From: Paraspadella gotoi
Taxonomy: Eukaryota; Animalia; Chaetognatha
Length of the DNA stretch: 64,000 nt
Direction of reading: 5' to 3'
NCBI GenBank assembly: GCA_051294375.1
Contig: CM119270.1
Coordinates: 13,805,316 to 13,869,315 of the forward strand
Below, in pieces: positions 40,296 to 54,400 of the stretch (the stretch's first letter is position 1; each line of letters starts with the position of its first letter). A program made the position numbers and the translations under genes. The notes beneath the pieces are model-generated. The model saw nothing but the letters and a program-made list of their open reading frames with translations, was not told the origin of the DNA and made no database searches.

Positions 40296-40517
40296 TAGGT
40301 TCTGATAGAGCTTAAAAGTTAGATAAAGGGTTATTATACAACTTTTTTTTTTTGTTGTTATTTATGGAAAAATTAAAAAAAATAAAATTCCGCCAATATG
40401 AATGAATGGAATGATGATTTTTTAATGGTTTTTTTATTTTTAACCAATTATTGTCAAATTTGGAAAAAATTATAGTACACTTTCATCTAACTTTTAATGC
40501 TCTAATGAGAACCCTGT
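40296..40517. mobile_element. Palindromic MITE-like fragment
   Basis: TAGAGCTTAAAAGTTAGATAAA (40306-40327) pairs with TTTCATCTAACTTTTAATGCTCTA (40481-40504); the surrounding sequence is noisy. Confidence 0.4.
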
Positions 40518-41011
40518 TAAAATATTTCCGTGTTTCAAAGTTCCAAAGATCGGTTTTCTCTTTTGCCTAAAACGTTTTTACTATATATCTTAAGTGAAAG
40601 AAACTTACCTTGGTGAGAGAAGTAAAGAATTATATTAGTAGTTTCAAAGCTTTTACAAGGCGTGAAGCAGGCTTGTTTTAACTGTTTCCTTTACTTGATT
40701 TAATTTTATAATTAAGTTTTTATTTAATTCGTTATACATTTATTTTTTTTATAGCTCAGCGTTCAATTGCCGTTCCATCGTTTCTATTCGTTTTCAATGC
40801 CCGTTCAATGCCTTTCATGACGTTCAAAGATGCGTTTGTCTCTCAATTGCTTCTAAAATTTGGTGGATTAACAATGTATATTATCTTGCGGAACTTATTT
40901 GGACTCTCTCTCTCCTTTCTTCTTTCTTTCTCCTCCTCCTTCCTCCTCTGCCGCGCTTCGTGATCTCTCTCTTTCTTCTTCACCCTNNNNNNNNNNNNNN
41001 NNNNNNNNNNN

Positions 41012-41420
41012 GAGAGGAGAGAGGAGAGAGAGAGAGGGAGAGAGAGAGAGAGAGAGGGAGAGAGTATTAAGTTGTGAGTAATGTAATTTAAAAGAGTAAC
41101 AATTTACGCTGGTTAAAACGTATTTGGTTTTTTCTCTCGATTCCCGCCAGGGGTTCCGAGTTCATCACACAAGGAACCTTAGGCTGCGAGTTGACTCACA
41201 GTGGTAATTCGCCCCCGCACTCACTCGCCCCCCCCCTTTTCACCGTCCCACCCACGGATTCATATCGAAAATTTGATGGCGACGTTTATTGAGGCGTGGA
41301 CGTGGGAGAAAAGTACTTTTGACGTGGGACCGAAAAGGTAGTCAGGGGGGAGAAGTGATATCCCAGGCAGATATTGGGCTATGGCCGAGTCATTATCTGA
41401 TAACCTAAGTGATAAAGATA
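41012..41420. repeat. Direct copy of ~50060-50475
   Basis: Shared GTGAGTAATGTAATT...CGAAAAGGTAGTCAGGG...GAGTCATTATCTG...GTGATAAAGATAC; begins right after a 25-N gap. Confidence 0.8.
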
Positions 41421-41852
41421 CGAGTTATCGCACCAAAAAAAAATATCATAAAGATCGAATTGGAATTCGCTCTTTAATCAATATCGTTTCTTACGTTATT
41501 GATGACCTGATTTAAATAATGCAACGAGGCGTAAATTTATATTTTCTTTGTTTTACGAATGTTAAACAAAAAAGGGGGGGGGAAACTAGTATTTTAATCT
41601 TTCATTGATTTGAATTAAACATTATTTTTTTCTGGCGTCAAATTGAACGAACGAAGAAAAGAGTCGGCGTTTGCGTTTGCGTGGGACGTTTCCGACATTT
41701 TCCCAGCGAAAAATGCAAAATCCTCCGCGAATAACGAATTCGTTAAAACGCGAACTCGTTAAATGACGAATTGTTTTTTCACCCTTCGACTTTCCTCTCT
41801 GGAAATTGAAAATTTAAATGACGTCAGATAGGTCATCATGTTGAGCGATTCT

Positions 41853-41951
<99 letters not shown>

Positions 41952-41959
41952 TCTCACGT

Positions 41960-42085
41960 TCATTAACTCTTTTCTTGATATTTCGCGCGGCCTTTGTTTT
42001 TAACTCGGTGAGAGGGAGACAGAGAGTGCGAAGTAGAGAATGAAGACACCCATTGGCGAGAGAGACCAAACGGGCTAAGAGAGAG

Positions 42086-42119
<34 letters not shown>

Positions 42120-44636
42120 CGATGAGAGAAGAAGAGAGAAGAGAGTGCCTCTTCCGGGGATCTCGGGACCTCCAAAAACGCATTGTCGATTGAAGGGCTT
42201 GGACTGGGAGGGCTAAATAAGGGCACCGGGGTCAGAGGTCACACGGCCTGAGCGGCGAATGGCCTTTTTTTCTCTCTTTCTTGAGATGTGAATCATTTTT
42301 GGCGAAGAGGGAAAAAAAAGTCTATCACAAAACGTTGTTTTCAAACTGAGGAGAGAAAGGAGACTGACAACCTAAACGACATAGCCTTGTATGGCAAACA
42401 TTCTTTCTGTATTTGAGTTTAAAACAAGGACTGTATATTAAGAGTTAGATGTTGAAAATGATAAAATTTTAGAAAATTAAAATTTAGCATATAAAACATA
42501 AAACATAAAAATAAAAAATGAAATTTATTTTTTAAAACAAGGGCACCATGAAGCTATATTTATATAAAGTAATAAGTATATATAGGCTAAAATTTCAAAA
42601 ATACAAATTTTTAAATTTTAAGAAACGGATTTGGCATCACTTGCAAAAGTTATTATTTTAAGAAGTACAATTCTTTTTAAAAAATTCTTTCATTTAAGTT
42701 AGTCAAAAAATATGTTAAAAAAAACTATATTTAAGACGCCGATTTTAAATTCAGCCTTAAAAAATAGTTTGATTTAACCTACTTAATGATATAATTTTTG
42801 AAAAAAGATTTATACTTTCTTTTTATTAACTTTAACGTGGAATCTGGAATCTGTTTTCAGAATTAAAAAAAAACTATTTTGAAATTGACAAAGTGGTAGA
42901 CAATAAAATAAGCTGACTGGGCTAACTATATTTATAAAAAAAAGAAAAATAATTACAGAGTAGTATTCACTAAATTAATAATAGTTTTCAAGATTATTAA
43001 CTGCTAAATTTTGATTTCCAAACTTTCACTTCACCCTACGTATATATATATTTGGCCGAGGAGTGCGCAAGACGGAGAAAAACGCTGAACAGTAAAGAGA
43101 ATGTTGATAGATAGATAGTAAGTATTTATATTTTCTAACGAGCGCAATGTTTGTTCCTTTTTGTTTTCAACAAGAAACGATTCTGTTTGGAACCTCGAAT
43201 TTGAAACGAATCATTTTGTTTTCACATTTTTCCGGTTCACACCAGTGAAATCCCGGGCGGAATCCAGACGAGCCCGACGAAGCCTTCGGAGAAACGTGAA
43301 AGAAAATATCACTAAAAAGAAAAGATATTCGTACATTATAGACCATTAGTACTTTATGTTATATTGTACAGTCGATATTATATAGTCGCTACATTATAAT
43401 ATTCGTTCGATTGTGTTCAACCAAGCTTTTCGCTTTTTGTTTTCACTCGTCGGAATTCCTTCTTGTAATTTTGTCCTTTTTTTTCACCCGAGAAAAGTTT
43501 TTTTTTTGTCTTTTTTTAAAAAAAGAGTTAAAGTTCCGAAGGAATTCATCTTTCGTCGACTTCTTTAAAAAGCGATTTGGAAGCGATGGAGCATTAGGGG
43601 TGAGCGATGGCAGAATTGAGGATAGAGCCCCGTGATGGGAGAAATTGAGCGAATGAGCGATGGGAGATTGAGGGTTGGGATGGAAAATGAGGGATAAGCG
43701 AGGAGAATTGGGGATGAGCACTGGGAGAATTGAGGGATGAGCAATGAAGAATTGAGGAGGATCTGATGGGAATTGGGGTATGAGTGATGAGAGAATGTAT
43801 GAGCGATGGAGAATTGGCGCGGATGAGCGAATGAGAGAATTTTGGGGTTGAAATGATGGGAAGAATTTAGTGGCCATGAGCAATGGGAGGAATGGGGGTT
43901 TGAGCGATAGGAGAATTGTGGTAAAAGGATGGGAGAATTATGGGTTGAGTGATTGGGAGGAATTCGGGGTTGAGCGATGCGGAGGATTTTGGGAGGTTGA
44001 GCGAATATTGGAGAATCGGGGTTTGAGCAAAGAGAGAATCTGGGTTTTAAGCGATAGAAATTTTGGTGACGAGTATTCTCTCTCTCCTAAACTCATAAAA
44101 AGTAAGAGCGAAGACGGGCGGCCGAAAAAAAAGGTATTAGGAAAGAAGAAGGCAGAATATGGTCTCTCACAAAAATAAATTGAGGACAGGAAACCGAAAA
44201 GTGAGAAAGAAAGAAGAATAGAAAGCAGAAGTTTGGGGAATTGGGTGAGGAGAGAAGAGAAAGAGAAATTTGGAGAGAGAGTGAAAAAAGAAAAGTGAGA
44301 AAAGGCGGAATAAAAAAGTAATGTTTCATCCCGTTATATTAATCTTTACTAAACTATACCTCCCTTGCGTTTCATAGCATTCATTAGAAACTCGTTAAAT
44401 TTAACAATTTGTTACATATTTATAAAATTGCGAGTTTTTGACGCAATAATACGTTTTCCTTTCTGGTCTACGTCTTACATTAGAATTATAATAATGATTA
44501 CTTAACAAATTCGTACGGTGGTTTCTGAACTCTTTCGGGACGAAGCGTACTCTTTGCCGCTCATTTGAGTACCATAATATCCACTTGATTAAACATAAAC
44601 TCTCTCTGCTCTCTCCTCTTCTCTCCTCTACTCTCT

Positions 44637-44692
<56 letters not shown>

Positions 44693-47295
44693 CGTGTAAG
44701 ATGAGAAAAAAAGTAAAGTTTTTGTTCGTAAAAGGAAGATTTACTTTCGGGCCGTCTTCTTCGTCTGGCAGATTTCGCCAAAAAAAAACGACAAAAAACA
44801 AAAAAAAAAAAAACAAAAAACACGATTTTAAAAAAAAAAGTTTCGGGACGGGAATTATTGCGAAAAAAATTGGTCGAAAAGGAAAAAAGAAGAAAAAAAA
44901 AGAAAAAAAAAAAACGATTTTCGAAAGTAAAATTGGAAAGAGAAAAATGTTTTGAAAGGGGAAAAACGACTTTGAAAGAAAAATGAATTGGAAAGTGAGA
45001 TGGAAGTTTGAAAGAAAAATGAATTTGGAAAAGTGAGATGAAGTTTGAAAGAAAAAGTGGATCTGGAGACTTGAAAGAGAAAAAATGGGAAATCATCGAA
45101 AAAAAATGGAAGATTTTCTTTCCCCTTTTTAAAGGGATACGACGGCTAAAGATAGAGTTTTTTGTAATTCAATATATTTCGATTAATTAAAAAAACTTGA
45201 TAATTTTTTTTTTCAATTATGTATTAAAGAACAAAACTTCGATTAAACGAATCAGAGTAGAAAGAGAGAAATTATTTTTAATTTGAATTGTCTTACTTTA
45301 TATTTTATATTTACATAATTAATTTAATAATAAATCATAACGTTATTTATTTTTAATTAAATTACTTTTTATTTAATTTCTTCATTCTACATTTGTATGG
45401 ATATTTTATGGCTACCTTTTAAAAAATCCTTCCTACCGAACCCCGATGTTCACAGAACACAGTCGTGATTAAATACTGGACCAGAGCAGAAATCAGTTCA
45501 GTCCACGAGACACTGACGAAAATGACGGCTCTTTGCGTCACGAAACTTACGAACCTTCTCGAACGACACTCCGAAATTTCGTTCAGCGTCACTTTTTTTT
45601 TTCTAGAAAAAAATAAAAACAATACTTATTTTTGGGCTTCATGATTAATATGACTAAATATTTTAACGTATATTATATTTGATTGATGAAACTTGTCAAT
45701 TCGAAAAACAGACTCGGGGCCCCAAAGGCCCGAAAAGAAGGACGACATCGCTGGAGGCGGGCAACGTCGAGGCATTGGCTCCGGGCCCTGCACGGACTCC
45801 CATAGACGCCCTCTTCAACGAGCCCGCTATTGACGCCGCGCTCTACTCAGACAAACCGATCAGTCTGACTGGGAATTTCGAAAAGAAAGTTTTCGGCCGT
45901 CGACCATCGAAGTTGAGAGAATCTTGTGGTGGGGGAATCGGCCGAAACTGCGGCGAACCTGGCGGCGTAATTTGAGGCGAAACAGAAGGCAAGTCGAAAT
46001 TAAAGAAGAAGAAGAAGAAAATAGGAATAAGAAGAAATCGATTCCTTTCGACAAATTCACTTTTTTTTTTTGAGAAAACAATTTCCGTCGGCAATTCACT
46101 TATAATAAGCACTGTTGAAGTGGAGCGTACATTGACATAGCGAGAATAAGCAAAACTTTTGGGTAAAAAATAATTGAATTCTCTCCCAGATTCCTAACTC
46201 AGCAAAGTCCCTTTTTTTGACCCTTCGACTTAAAACTTACCTGGTAAGTTCGAACTGAACCTTGCTTTCGCTCCGGGGCGCGGATGAACGTCACGCGAAG
46301 ACGTCGTCGTCGTCGTCGTCGTTCGTTCCGTCGTCGTCGTCACGGTCACGTTGTGTCGGTCACATGAAATATTGTCACGAGTCTCATTCGTCAGTCGTTA
46401 CTATCGGACGATGGTCGTCGTCGTCGGGTTCGTCGTTCGTCGTCGTCGTCGTCTTCAAATGAATACACAATTTCGACTTTTATTTATCGACTCTCTTTTC
46501 TCTCCTTGGTCTTCTTTATCCTCAGGCAGCAAACTTTAACGAAAGAACTTACCGAAACCTGACCCACAATCGATTATAAAAATTTTGGCCTATCAAAGTG
46601 AAAAAAAATTGGATGACCTCAGAATTGGGCAGCTATGAAGCGGAGGTGTTTAGCAAGTTAAATATGTTAAAGACGTCTTTATCATAAATGAATGTTTATG
46701 AATCTTTAATTCCTTTCACAATTACGAAGAAAAGAGTGGCACTATCGAGGGTCCCAAAAATCAAACTCCTAAAATTACACAGAGGGCCTATAATTTTATT
46801 CTTGAGACTAGGCTAGAAAAAAATTTAAAAAACCTTAAAACCCCATAATATCGAACTCAATCGGAAACTTCAACTTGAACTCCAATTTAAACTTAACTCA
46901 AACTTTAAACTATACCTTAAATCTAACATAAAAAACTCAAACTTGAAGCTTTAACTGAAACCTTAACCTCGGGTGACGATGCGGGAAGAGATGCACTCGG
47001 CGATTTGCCCCCCCCCCCGATTTCGCTTACGAATATTTCGGTCGTCGAAAGGAAAAAGTTTTTGACAGGCCGCCATTTGTGACGCTCGGTTGCGCTCGTG
47101 ACGGTCGGTGGACCCGAAGAGTTGAATCGACGAAGTCGTTGGAATGACTGGTGACCGCACGCCGACCAATCACCGAAATATCGCGAAAAGAAAAACTGGC
47201 AACGAACGGTCGCCGCCAATGATTGTCCCTCGACCATTCAGGCTTGGGAGAATTTGCGTTAATTCTCTTTCTCCGTCTCGGAATATCATTCTCTT

Positions 47296-47347
<52 letters not shown>

Positions 47348-47596
47348 CTTCTCTCTCTCTCTCTCTCTCCTTTTTTCTTATTAACGATTTAATTCAAAAC
47401 AAGGCCTTCCTCGTCTTTTTGTCCGTGCTGTTGTTGTTTTCAATTCAGTTGCGGTGGGTCAGCATATAACCGCAATTAACGATTGACTGATTAAAGACAG
47501 GTGAAAAATATGTGAATGAAGAATAAATGACAGACAGTGAAGGAATCCACGACATAAAGATCGAGAGTTGAGATGGAATCAATGATGAATCAAGAT

Positions 47597-47652
<56 letters not shown>

Positions 47653-48712
47653 GAGAGAGAGAGAAGAGAGAGAACACAAGGCGAGAAGAAAGTAAATTAA
47701 AAACCCGAACGAACCGGTGACCACACACGCCGCACGCAGGGCGCACGCAGTTACGGTGCCGTCGGTCGCACTGACCAGAGTTTATTGAGACTCCGCCTTT
47801 CGGGGAAATTTCCAGCCCTCGACCGGTCGAAGGAGTTGTCGGCCTCCGGGGATCGAACCGGGACCCCGAGCACCGAGAGACCCTCTGGCGACGTTTCGTC
47901 TCGGGGAATCGAAGGAGGAAGAATCAACGCGATGGCATGGGAAGGAATTGGAACCGCGTGGTAAATTCCGAGACGACTATGGAGACGCGATGGCATCGTG
48001 ATTGAACAAAGTGATGGCATCGCAATGAAAAGAAGACATTGCAATGTTATTCTTTTTCCTTACGATTGCATCGGGAGTCTTGGGCGTCACGTTCCTCTTG
48101 CGAATTTTATAGATCCTTTGATTGTCATGATGGTTCTCCAGGCTATCTTGTACCATTTTGAAGATATATGTGTAAATATACTGTCTTCGAGTTAATATTA
48201 CAAAAGTTTTCGACTTGTATTCCTATTCAGTATTCCGTAAATAACTGTCAAAATTATTAATTGGACAAAAAACCCCTTCGACCTCAACATATATCATCAA
48301 TTTATAAGTGTATAAACTTGGATTTTATAATTTTTCAAACTAGTGCAGATGAATTGAATCTTTTTTGGATTTTATCTATCGAAGACGCAACAGTTGCTTA
48401 CTCAGAGATGCAACGCGATCCGGCCAGTCGGCCTCCACCGCCCGCACGAACGCCCCTCGGTTGCTTGGATTATCCTGAGATGTGATCGCAGCAAAAACAA
48501 GGAACAATAACAAATGAGACACAACAAGGACAATAGAATTTAACTATTTTAAAAACAATGGATTAACTGATCAAAGACAACGAGGGGAAAAGCAAAAAAA
48601 AAAGACAGGAGAGATAAAAACACGAGGACGAAAAATCGGTAAAAAAAACTGATCCTTTACCAATAAAATTCCGGAATCGTTAAAAGGAAGAAGCAAGCCT
48701 AATTTTGGCCTA

Positions 48713-48730
<18 letters not shown>
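41960..48730. repeat. Reverse arm of large inverted duplication of 22039-22903 plus 29787-34870
   Basis: Collinear reverse-complement identity with indel noise; contains an extra ~600-bp insert. Confidence 0.92.
42439..43040. mobile_element. ~600-bp AT-rich MITE-like insertion into a TA run
   Basis: Absent from the partner copy (empty site CAAGGACTG-TATATATA-TTTG, RC of ~34338-34358). Flanked by TATA on both sides; imperfect subterminal IR GAAA.T.AAAATTTAGCA. Confidence 0.6.
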
Positions 48731-48772
<42 letters not shown>

Positions 48773-49412
48773 CTCTCTCTCTCTCTCAGCTCTCGTGTTA
48801 CAATCGCCCTCCAAAAGAAGGGGCCGATCCTACATGAGAGGATGGATAGCGAACATCTCTTCTTTNNNNNNNNNNNNNNNNNNNNNNNNNCGCCTCTGCC
48901 TCCTCCCCGCTGAGCGATAACTTATTCAAGCAATTGCGGAAAGCGAGAGAGACATTTAGCCGCCTTTCCTGGTTCGGAGCTTCTTTTGTCGCTTCGTTTT
49001 ATATCTGAATTAAGTTGAGAAAATCGATCATCGGTCGTTTTGATGTCGTTAAATGCGACGACAGTATTTCTTTCTCATTCACTTGAGATGGGCCACATCG
49101 TTTGGAGTTTTGCTTCGCGTTTGCGTTTGCGCTACTGGGACAAACGATCGACTTTGCTAGCTTCATTCAAAAATACCTTCTGAGCAAGAAGCACGAAGAT
49201 TTAGTATTTTATATATNNNNNNNNNNGGGGGAAGGGAAAAGAAGCTCATTATTTCTTAATTTTGTGGCGTTTCATCTTTTAGCACGAGACTAAAAATTGT
49301 TTTCCGCGCTTGTTTATTTTCTTTTTCTCTCTTTCTTTTTCGTTCTTTTCTATCTGTCTGTTCTGTCTTTCTTTCTTCCTGTTCTTTCTTTTTTTCTTTT
49401 CTTTCTTTTCTT

Positions 49413-49602
<190 letters not shown>

Positions 49603-49654
49603 ATCGGGGTGTTATTCCGGACGCGATCGTGTTTCAGACTCTAGTTACTCGATT

Positions 49655-49693
<39 letters not shown>

Positions 49694-51279
49694 TTTTTTT
49701 TATCGGTGACGTTTTAAATACAAAGAAACTAAATCAAACCAGAATAAATCGGAAATGCTTTCGAGTCTCTCACTCTCTCTCCCTCTCACTCTCACTCTCT
49801 GTTTCTTAAAATCGACAGTTGTACGCCAAAAAAAAAAGAGAGAATGAAAAAAAAGGCGACTTTGAGTAGGCGAGAGATCCTAGTTTTTTTTTCTGTGTTT
49901 TTTTCTTTTTCCGAATTTCATTAAAATTTATTTAAAAAGATTCTTTTTAATTTCTTCGTCGCGCGGATCCGCCGCCAATCTACGGGCCAAAGTCCTCAAC
50001 GTGGGAATCGTCGATGTGGGAATGGGAACTCCAGGCGCGATTTTTCTTCCGTTTAAAGCGACGAGAGAGAGAGAGAGAGAGGAGAGAATAGGAGAGAGAA
50101 GAGAGAGAGGGAGAGGAGAGAGTGAAGAGAAGAGAAGAGAGAGAGAAGAGATTAACGTTTGTGAGTAATGTAATTAAGGATAACATTTCGCGTTAAACGT
50201 ATTTTGGTTTTTTCCTCTCGGGTTCACCCATGCCAGGGGTTCGATTATTCACACACAAGGAATCACTAAGGCGAAGTTGACGTCCAGGGTAATCCCCGCC
50301 CTTTTCAAACCGTCCCCCACGGATCAATCGAAAATTGAATGCGACGTTATGTAGGGCGGGACGCTGGGAGAAAATTTTTTGACGGTTGGACGAAAAGGTA
50401 GTCAGGGAGAGATAGTGATATCCAGCAGATTTGGCTTATGGAGTCATTATCTGTACTAAACGTGATAAAGATACTNNNNNNNNNNNNNNNNNNNNNNNNN
50501 NNNNNNNNNNNNNNNNNNNNNNNNNNNNNNNNNNNNNNNNNNNNNNNNNNNNNNNNNNNNNNNNNNNNNNNNNNNNNNNNNNNNNNNNNNNNNNNNNNNN
50601 NNNNNNNNNNNNNNNNNNNNNNNNNNNNNNNNNNNNNNNNNNNNNNNNNNNNNNNNNNNNNNNNNNNNNNNNNNNNNNNNNNNNNNNNNNNNNNNNNNNN
50701 NNNNNNNNNNNNNNNNNNNNNNNNNNNNNNNNNNNNNNNNNNNNNNNNNNNNNNNNNNNNNNNNNNNNNNNNNNNNNNNNNNNNNNNNNNNNNNNNNNNN
50801 NNNNNNNNNNNNNNNNNNNNNNNNNNNNNNNNNNNNNNNNNNNNNNNNNNNNNNNNNNNNNNNNNNNNNNNNNNNNNNNNNNNNNNNNNNNNNNNNNNNN
50901 NNNNNNNNNNNNNNNNNNNNNNNNNNNNNNNNNNNNNNNNNNNNNNNNNNNNNNNNNNNNNNNNNNNNNNNNNNNNNNNNNNNNNNNNNNNNNNNNNNNN
51001 NNNNNNNNNNNNNNNNNNNNNNNNNNNNNNNNNNNNNNNNNNNNNNNNNNNNNNNNNNNNNNNNNNNNNNNNNNNNNNNNNNNNNNNNNNNNNNNNNNNN
51101 NNNNNNNNNNNNNNNNNNNNNNNNNNNNNNNNNNNNNNNNNNNNNNNNNNNNNNNNNNNNNNNNNNNNNNNNNNNNNNNNNNNNNNNNNNNNNNNNNNNN
51201 NNNNNNNNNNNNNNNNNNNNNNNNNNNNNNNNNNNNNNNNTAGTATTTTATATATTATACTTTACGTTAACTTCTTAAT

Positions 51280-51415
51280 CGCAGTGTGACGCTTAATCAA
51301 TGCATATTTCGTGGTACGTCTCTCACAGCGTGAGATCAATCATTGAATTTCGTTTCGCGTATCACGGCGAGTGAGAAATCAGTGAATTTCGTTGCACGTA
51401 TCACGCAGCGTGGGA
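51280..51415. repeat. ~40-bp degenerate tandem repeat (GAATTTCGTT.C.CGTATCAC..AGCGTGAGA.ATCA), 3-4 copies
   Basis: Read directly; adjacent to a large N gap, so the array may be longer. Confidence 0.6.
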
Positions 51416-54400
51416 CGCGAGGGAAAATGTTTGGAGTCTCGAAGAAGGAAATTCAAAACCGCTTCCCATTTCTTTCCGTCAGCGGAAAAAAAAGGGGGAA
51501 AATAAATATAAACCTTTATAAACAAAGAAATGAATTATATCAACGCGGATGCTTCGCGACTTTTAAATTTTTCGTTGCTCATTTAAAAAAAATGGTTGTA
51601 TAACAGCTTTGCCAAAAAACTAATGTTTCTAATAATTTTCTAGTATAAAATAATATTTGTTATGTTTATTAGGTTTAGCTTTAATATGTTAGTAGTTCAG
51701 CTTTATATTTCTTCTTAGAAAATACTTATTGCCAATGCTAGAGATTTTCGTCAAATCCGGTTTTGCCCAATACTAAATTCTAAGAGAACCTTTCAAAATC
51801 TTTCACCGAATCTAAGAAAAAAAACCCCAAATTTGTTGTAAATGAGAAAAGAAACTTCTGCTCTCAACGAAACCGTCGCCCACAGGAGTAAGAATCTTTC
51901 TTTTTTTTCTTTCTTTCTTTTTTTCCCCCCTCTGTTTATTTTTTTTTGTCNNNNNNNNNNNNNNNNNNNNNNNNNNNNNNNNNNNNNNNNNNNNNNNNNN
52001 NNNNNNNNNNNNNNNNNNNNNNNNNNNNNNNNNNNNNNNNNNNNNNNNNNNNNNNNNNNNNNNNNNNNNNNNNNNNNNNNNNNNNNNNNNNNNNNNNNNN
52101 NNNNNNNNNNNNNNNNNNNNNNNNNNNNNNNNNNNNNNNNNNNNNNNNNNNNNNNNNNNNNNNNNNNNNNNNNNNNNNNNNNNNNNNNNNNNNNNNNNNN
52201 NNNNNNNNNNNNNNNNNNNNNNNNNNNNNNNNNNNNNNNNNNNNNNNNNNNNNNNNNNNNNNNNNNNNNNNNNNNNNNNNNNNNNNNNNNNNNNNNTTTT
52301 TTTGCTTTTTAAATCAAATATATCTTAATACTGAAACTATAATAAAACAGCAGTCATGGTTACCCGGATGTACCGAGCTCCTAAAATGACCAAACCATTT
52401 TCTATGATTTTTTATTATTTCGATCTCAAAACTATANNNNNNNNNNNNNNNNNNNNNNNNNNNNNNNNNNNNNNNNNNNNNNNNNNNNNNNNNNNNNNNN
52501 NNNNNNNNNNNNNNNNNNNNNNNNNNNNNNNNNNNNNNNNNNNNNNNNNNNNNNNNNNNNNNNNNNNNNNNNNNNNNNNNNNNNNNNNNNNNNNNNNNNN
52601 NNNNNNNNNNNNNNNNNNNNNNNNNNNNNNNNNNNNNNNNNNNNNNNNNNNTTCAAAATAAAACTGAGTTTGGAAAACAAAGTTAATAATAGTTTTTTAA
52701 AAAGTAATATTTTCTTTCGAACGTTTGTTCAAAGGCGAAGACGAAAGTAAGACCAGTTCAGGTTTCAAATCATATGGATTGCAGATATCGAAACTGAGGC
52801 ACTATGCATATTAAACACACAAATTTCACACACATCTTAAGCATGTGCCAACATGCAGTGCGCACGACATACAATCCTTTCCAGATGTTTTTTAAGGTTC
52901 ATAATAAATACACGTTTTAATATTATTTATTTTTTTACTGAACATTTTGTTTTCCGAACGCGTTAAAACACTACTGCAAAAGTTGATTCTTTTTTTAATT
53001 TTTATTGACAGATCGCATGAACCTTGAGAATTCAGAAAATTGGTTTCCATACAATAAAATGTCTGCTTTCTAACAAAAAGTATGAATAATGTTGGATGAA
53101 AACTTTCTCGGATCCCTCAAAATCCCAAATTACATACGGAATTTTCAATGGCGTTCAATTACGTGCGGATTTTGTCGAAGCTCCGGTTACATACGGAGCC
53201 GCAGAAAAACGAAANNNNNNNNNNNNNNNNNNNNNNNNNNNNNNNNNNNNNNNNNNNNNNNNNNNNNNNNNNNNNNNNNNNNNNNNNNNNNNNNNNNNNN
53301 NNNNNNNNNNNNNNNNNNNNNNNNNNNNNNNNNNNNNNNNNNNNNNNNNNNNNNNNNNNNNNNNNNNNNNNNNNNNNNNNNNNNNNNNNNNNNNNNNNNN
53401 NNNNNNGAGAGAGCTTTCAGTCTTTAAATTTTTTCGCCATATTTTTCTAGTCATTACTCTTTAAAACAGATGCTTGTAACAAAAACCGCAAGGTTTCTTT
53501 CATACACTCCCTTTTAAATTCGGGTTCGGAAAGGAAAACTTTTTTTTCAATGTTAAAAAAAAAAAGAAACCCACAAATTATGATATTTTGAAAACATCAA
53601 CGAAGATCCCGCCAATGCGTCCATCGCGTCTTCATAACAATCAAACTTTTAATACGATATTTTAACAATATTAATCAGGATAATGTTATAAATTGAAGCT
53701 TTTTTTCATTTTAATGCTTTTGATTTCGACGATTGTTTAACCGTTTCATATATATATATATATATATATATANNNNNNNNNNNNNNNNNNNNNNNNNNNN
53801 NNNNNNNNNNNNNNNNNNNNNNNNNNNNNNNNNNNNNNNNNNNNNNNNNNNNNNNNNNNNNNNNNNNNNNNNNNNNNNNNNNNNNNNNNNNNNNNNNNNN
53901 NNNNNNNNNNNNNNNNNNNNNNNNNNNNNNNNNNNNNNNNNNNNNNNNNNNNNNNNNNNNNNNNNNNNNNNNNNNNNNNNNNNNNNNNNNNNNNNNNNNN
54001 NNTTTTTTTTTAAATTCCTTCTTTTCTTTCCTCGAGGGAAACGAACGAACTTGTAGCTTATAACACGGACTTCCGTATTTCGTTAAAATCAAAACAGAAA
54101 AATAATCTCTCCTGTCGGATATTGTGAAACGTTTTTCGCTCTNNNNNNNNNNNNNNNNNNNNNNNNNNNNNNNNNNNNNNNNNNNNNNNNNNNNNNNNNN
54201 NNNNNNNNNNNNNNNNNNNNNNNNNNNNNNNNNNNNNNNNNNNNNNNNNNNNNNNNNNNNNNNNNNNNNNNNNNNNNNNNNNNNNNNNNNNNNNNNNNNN
54301 NNNNNNNNNNNNNNNNNNNNNCAATCGCTCACTCGCTCCCCGTGTCGTCCGTCAGAGAGACTGCGTGTGACTCGCTAATTACGATGAGTCCGACGTAAAC

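Noticed and set aside
46234-46252. ACTTACCTGG as a U1 snRNA 5' end
   Set aside because: No U1 body follows, and the other two copies read ACTTACCTTGG on that strand.
22039-48730. Giant TIR-bounded element (Maverick/Polinton or foldback) formed by the large inverted repeats
   Set aside because: No integrase, polB, ATPase or capsid ORFs and no TSD. The arms are ordinary microsatellite-rich genomic DNA with read-error-type differences.
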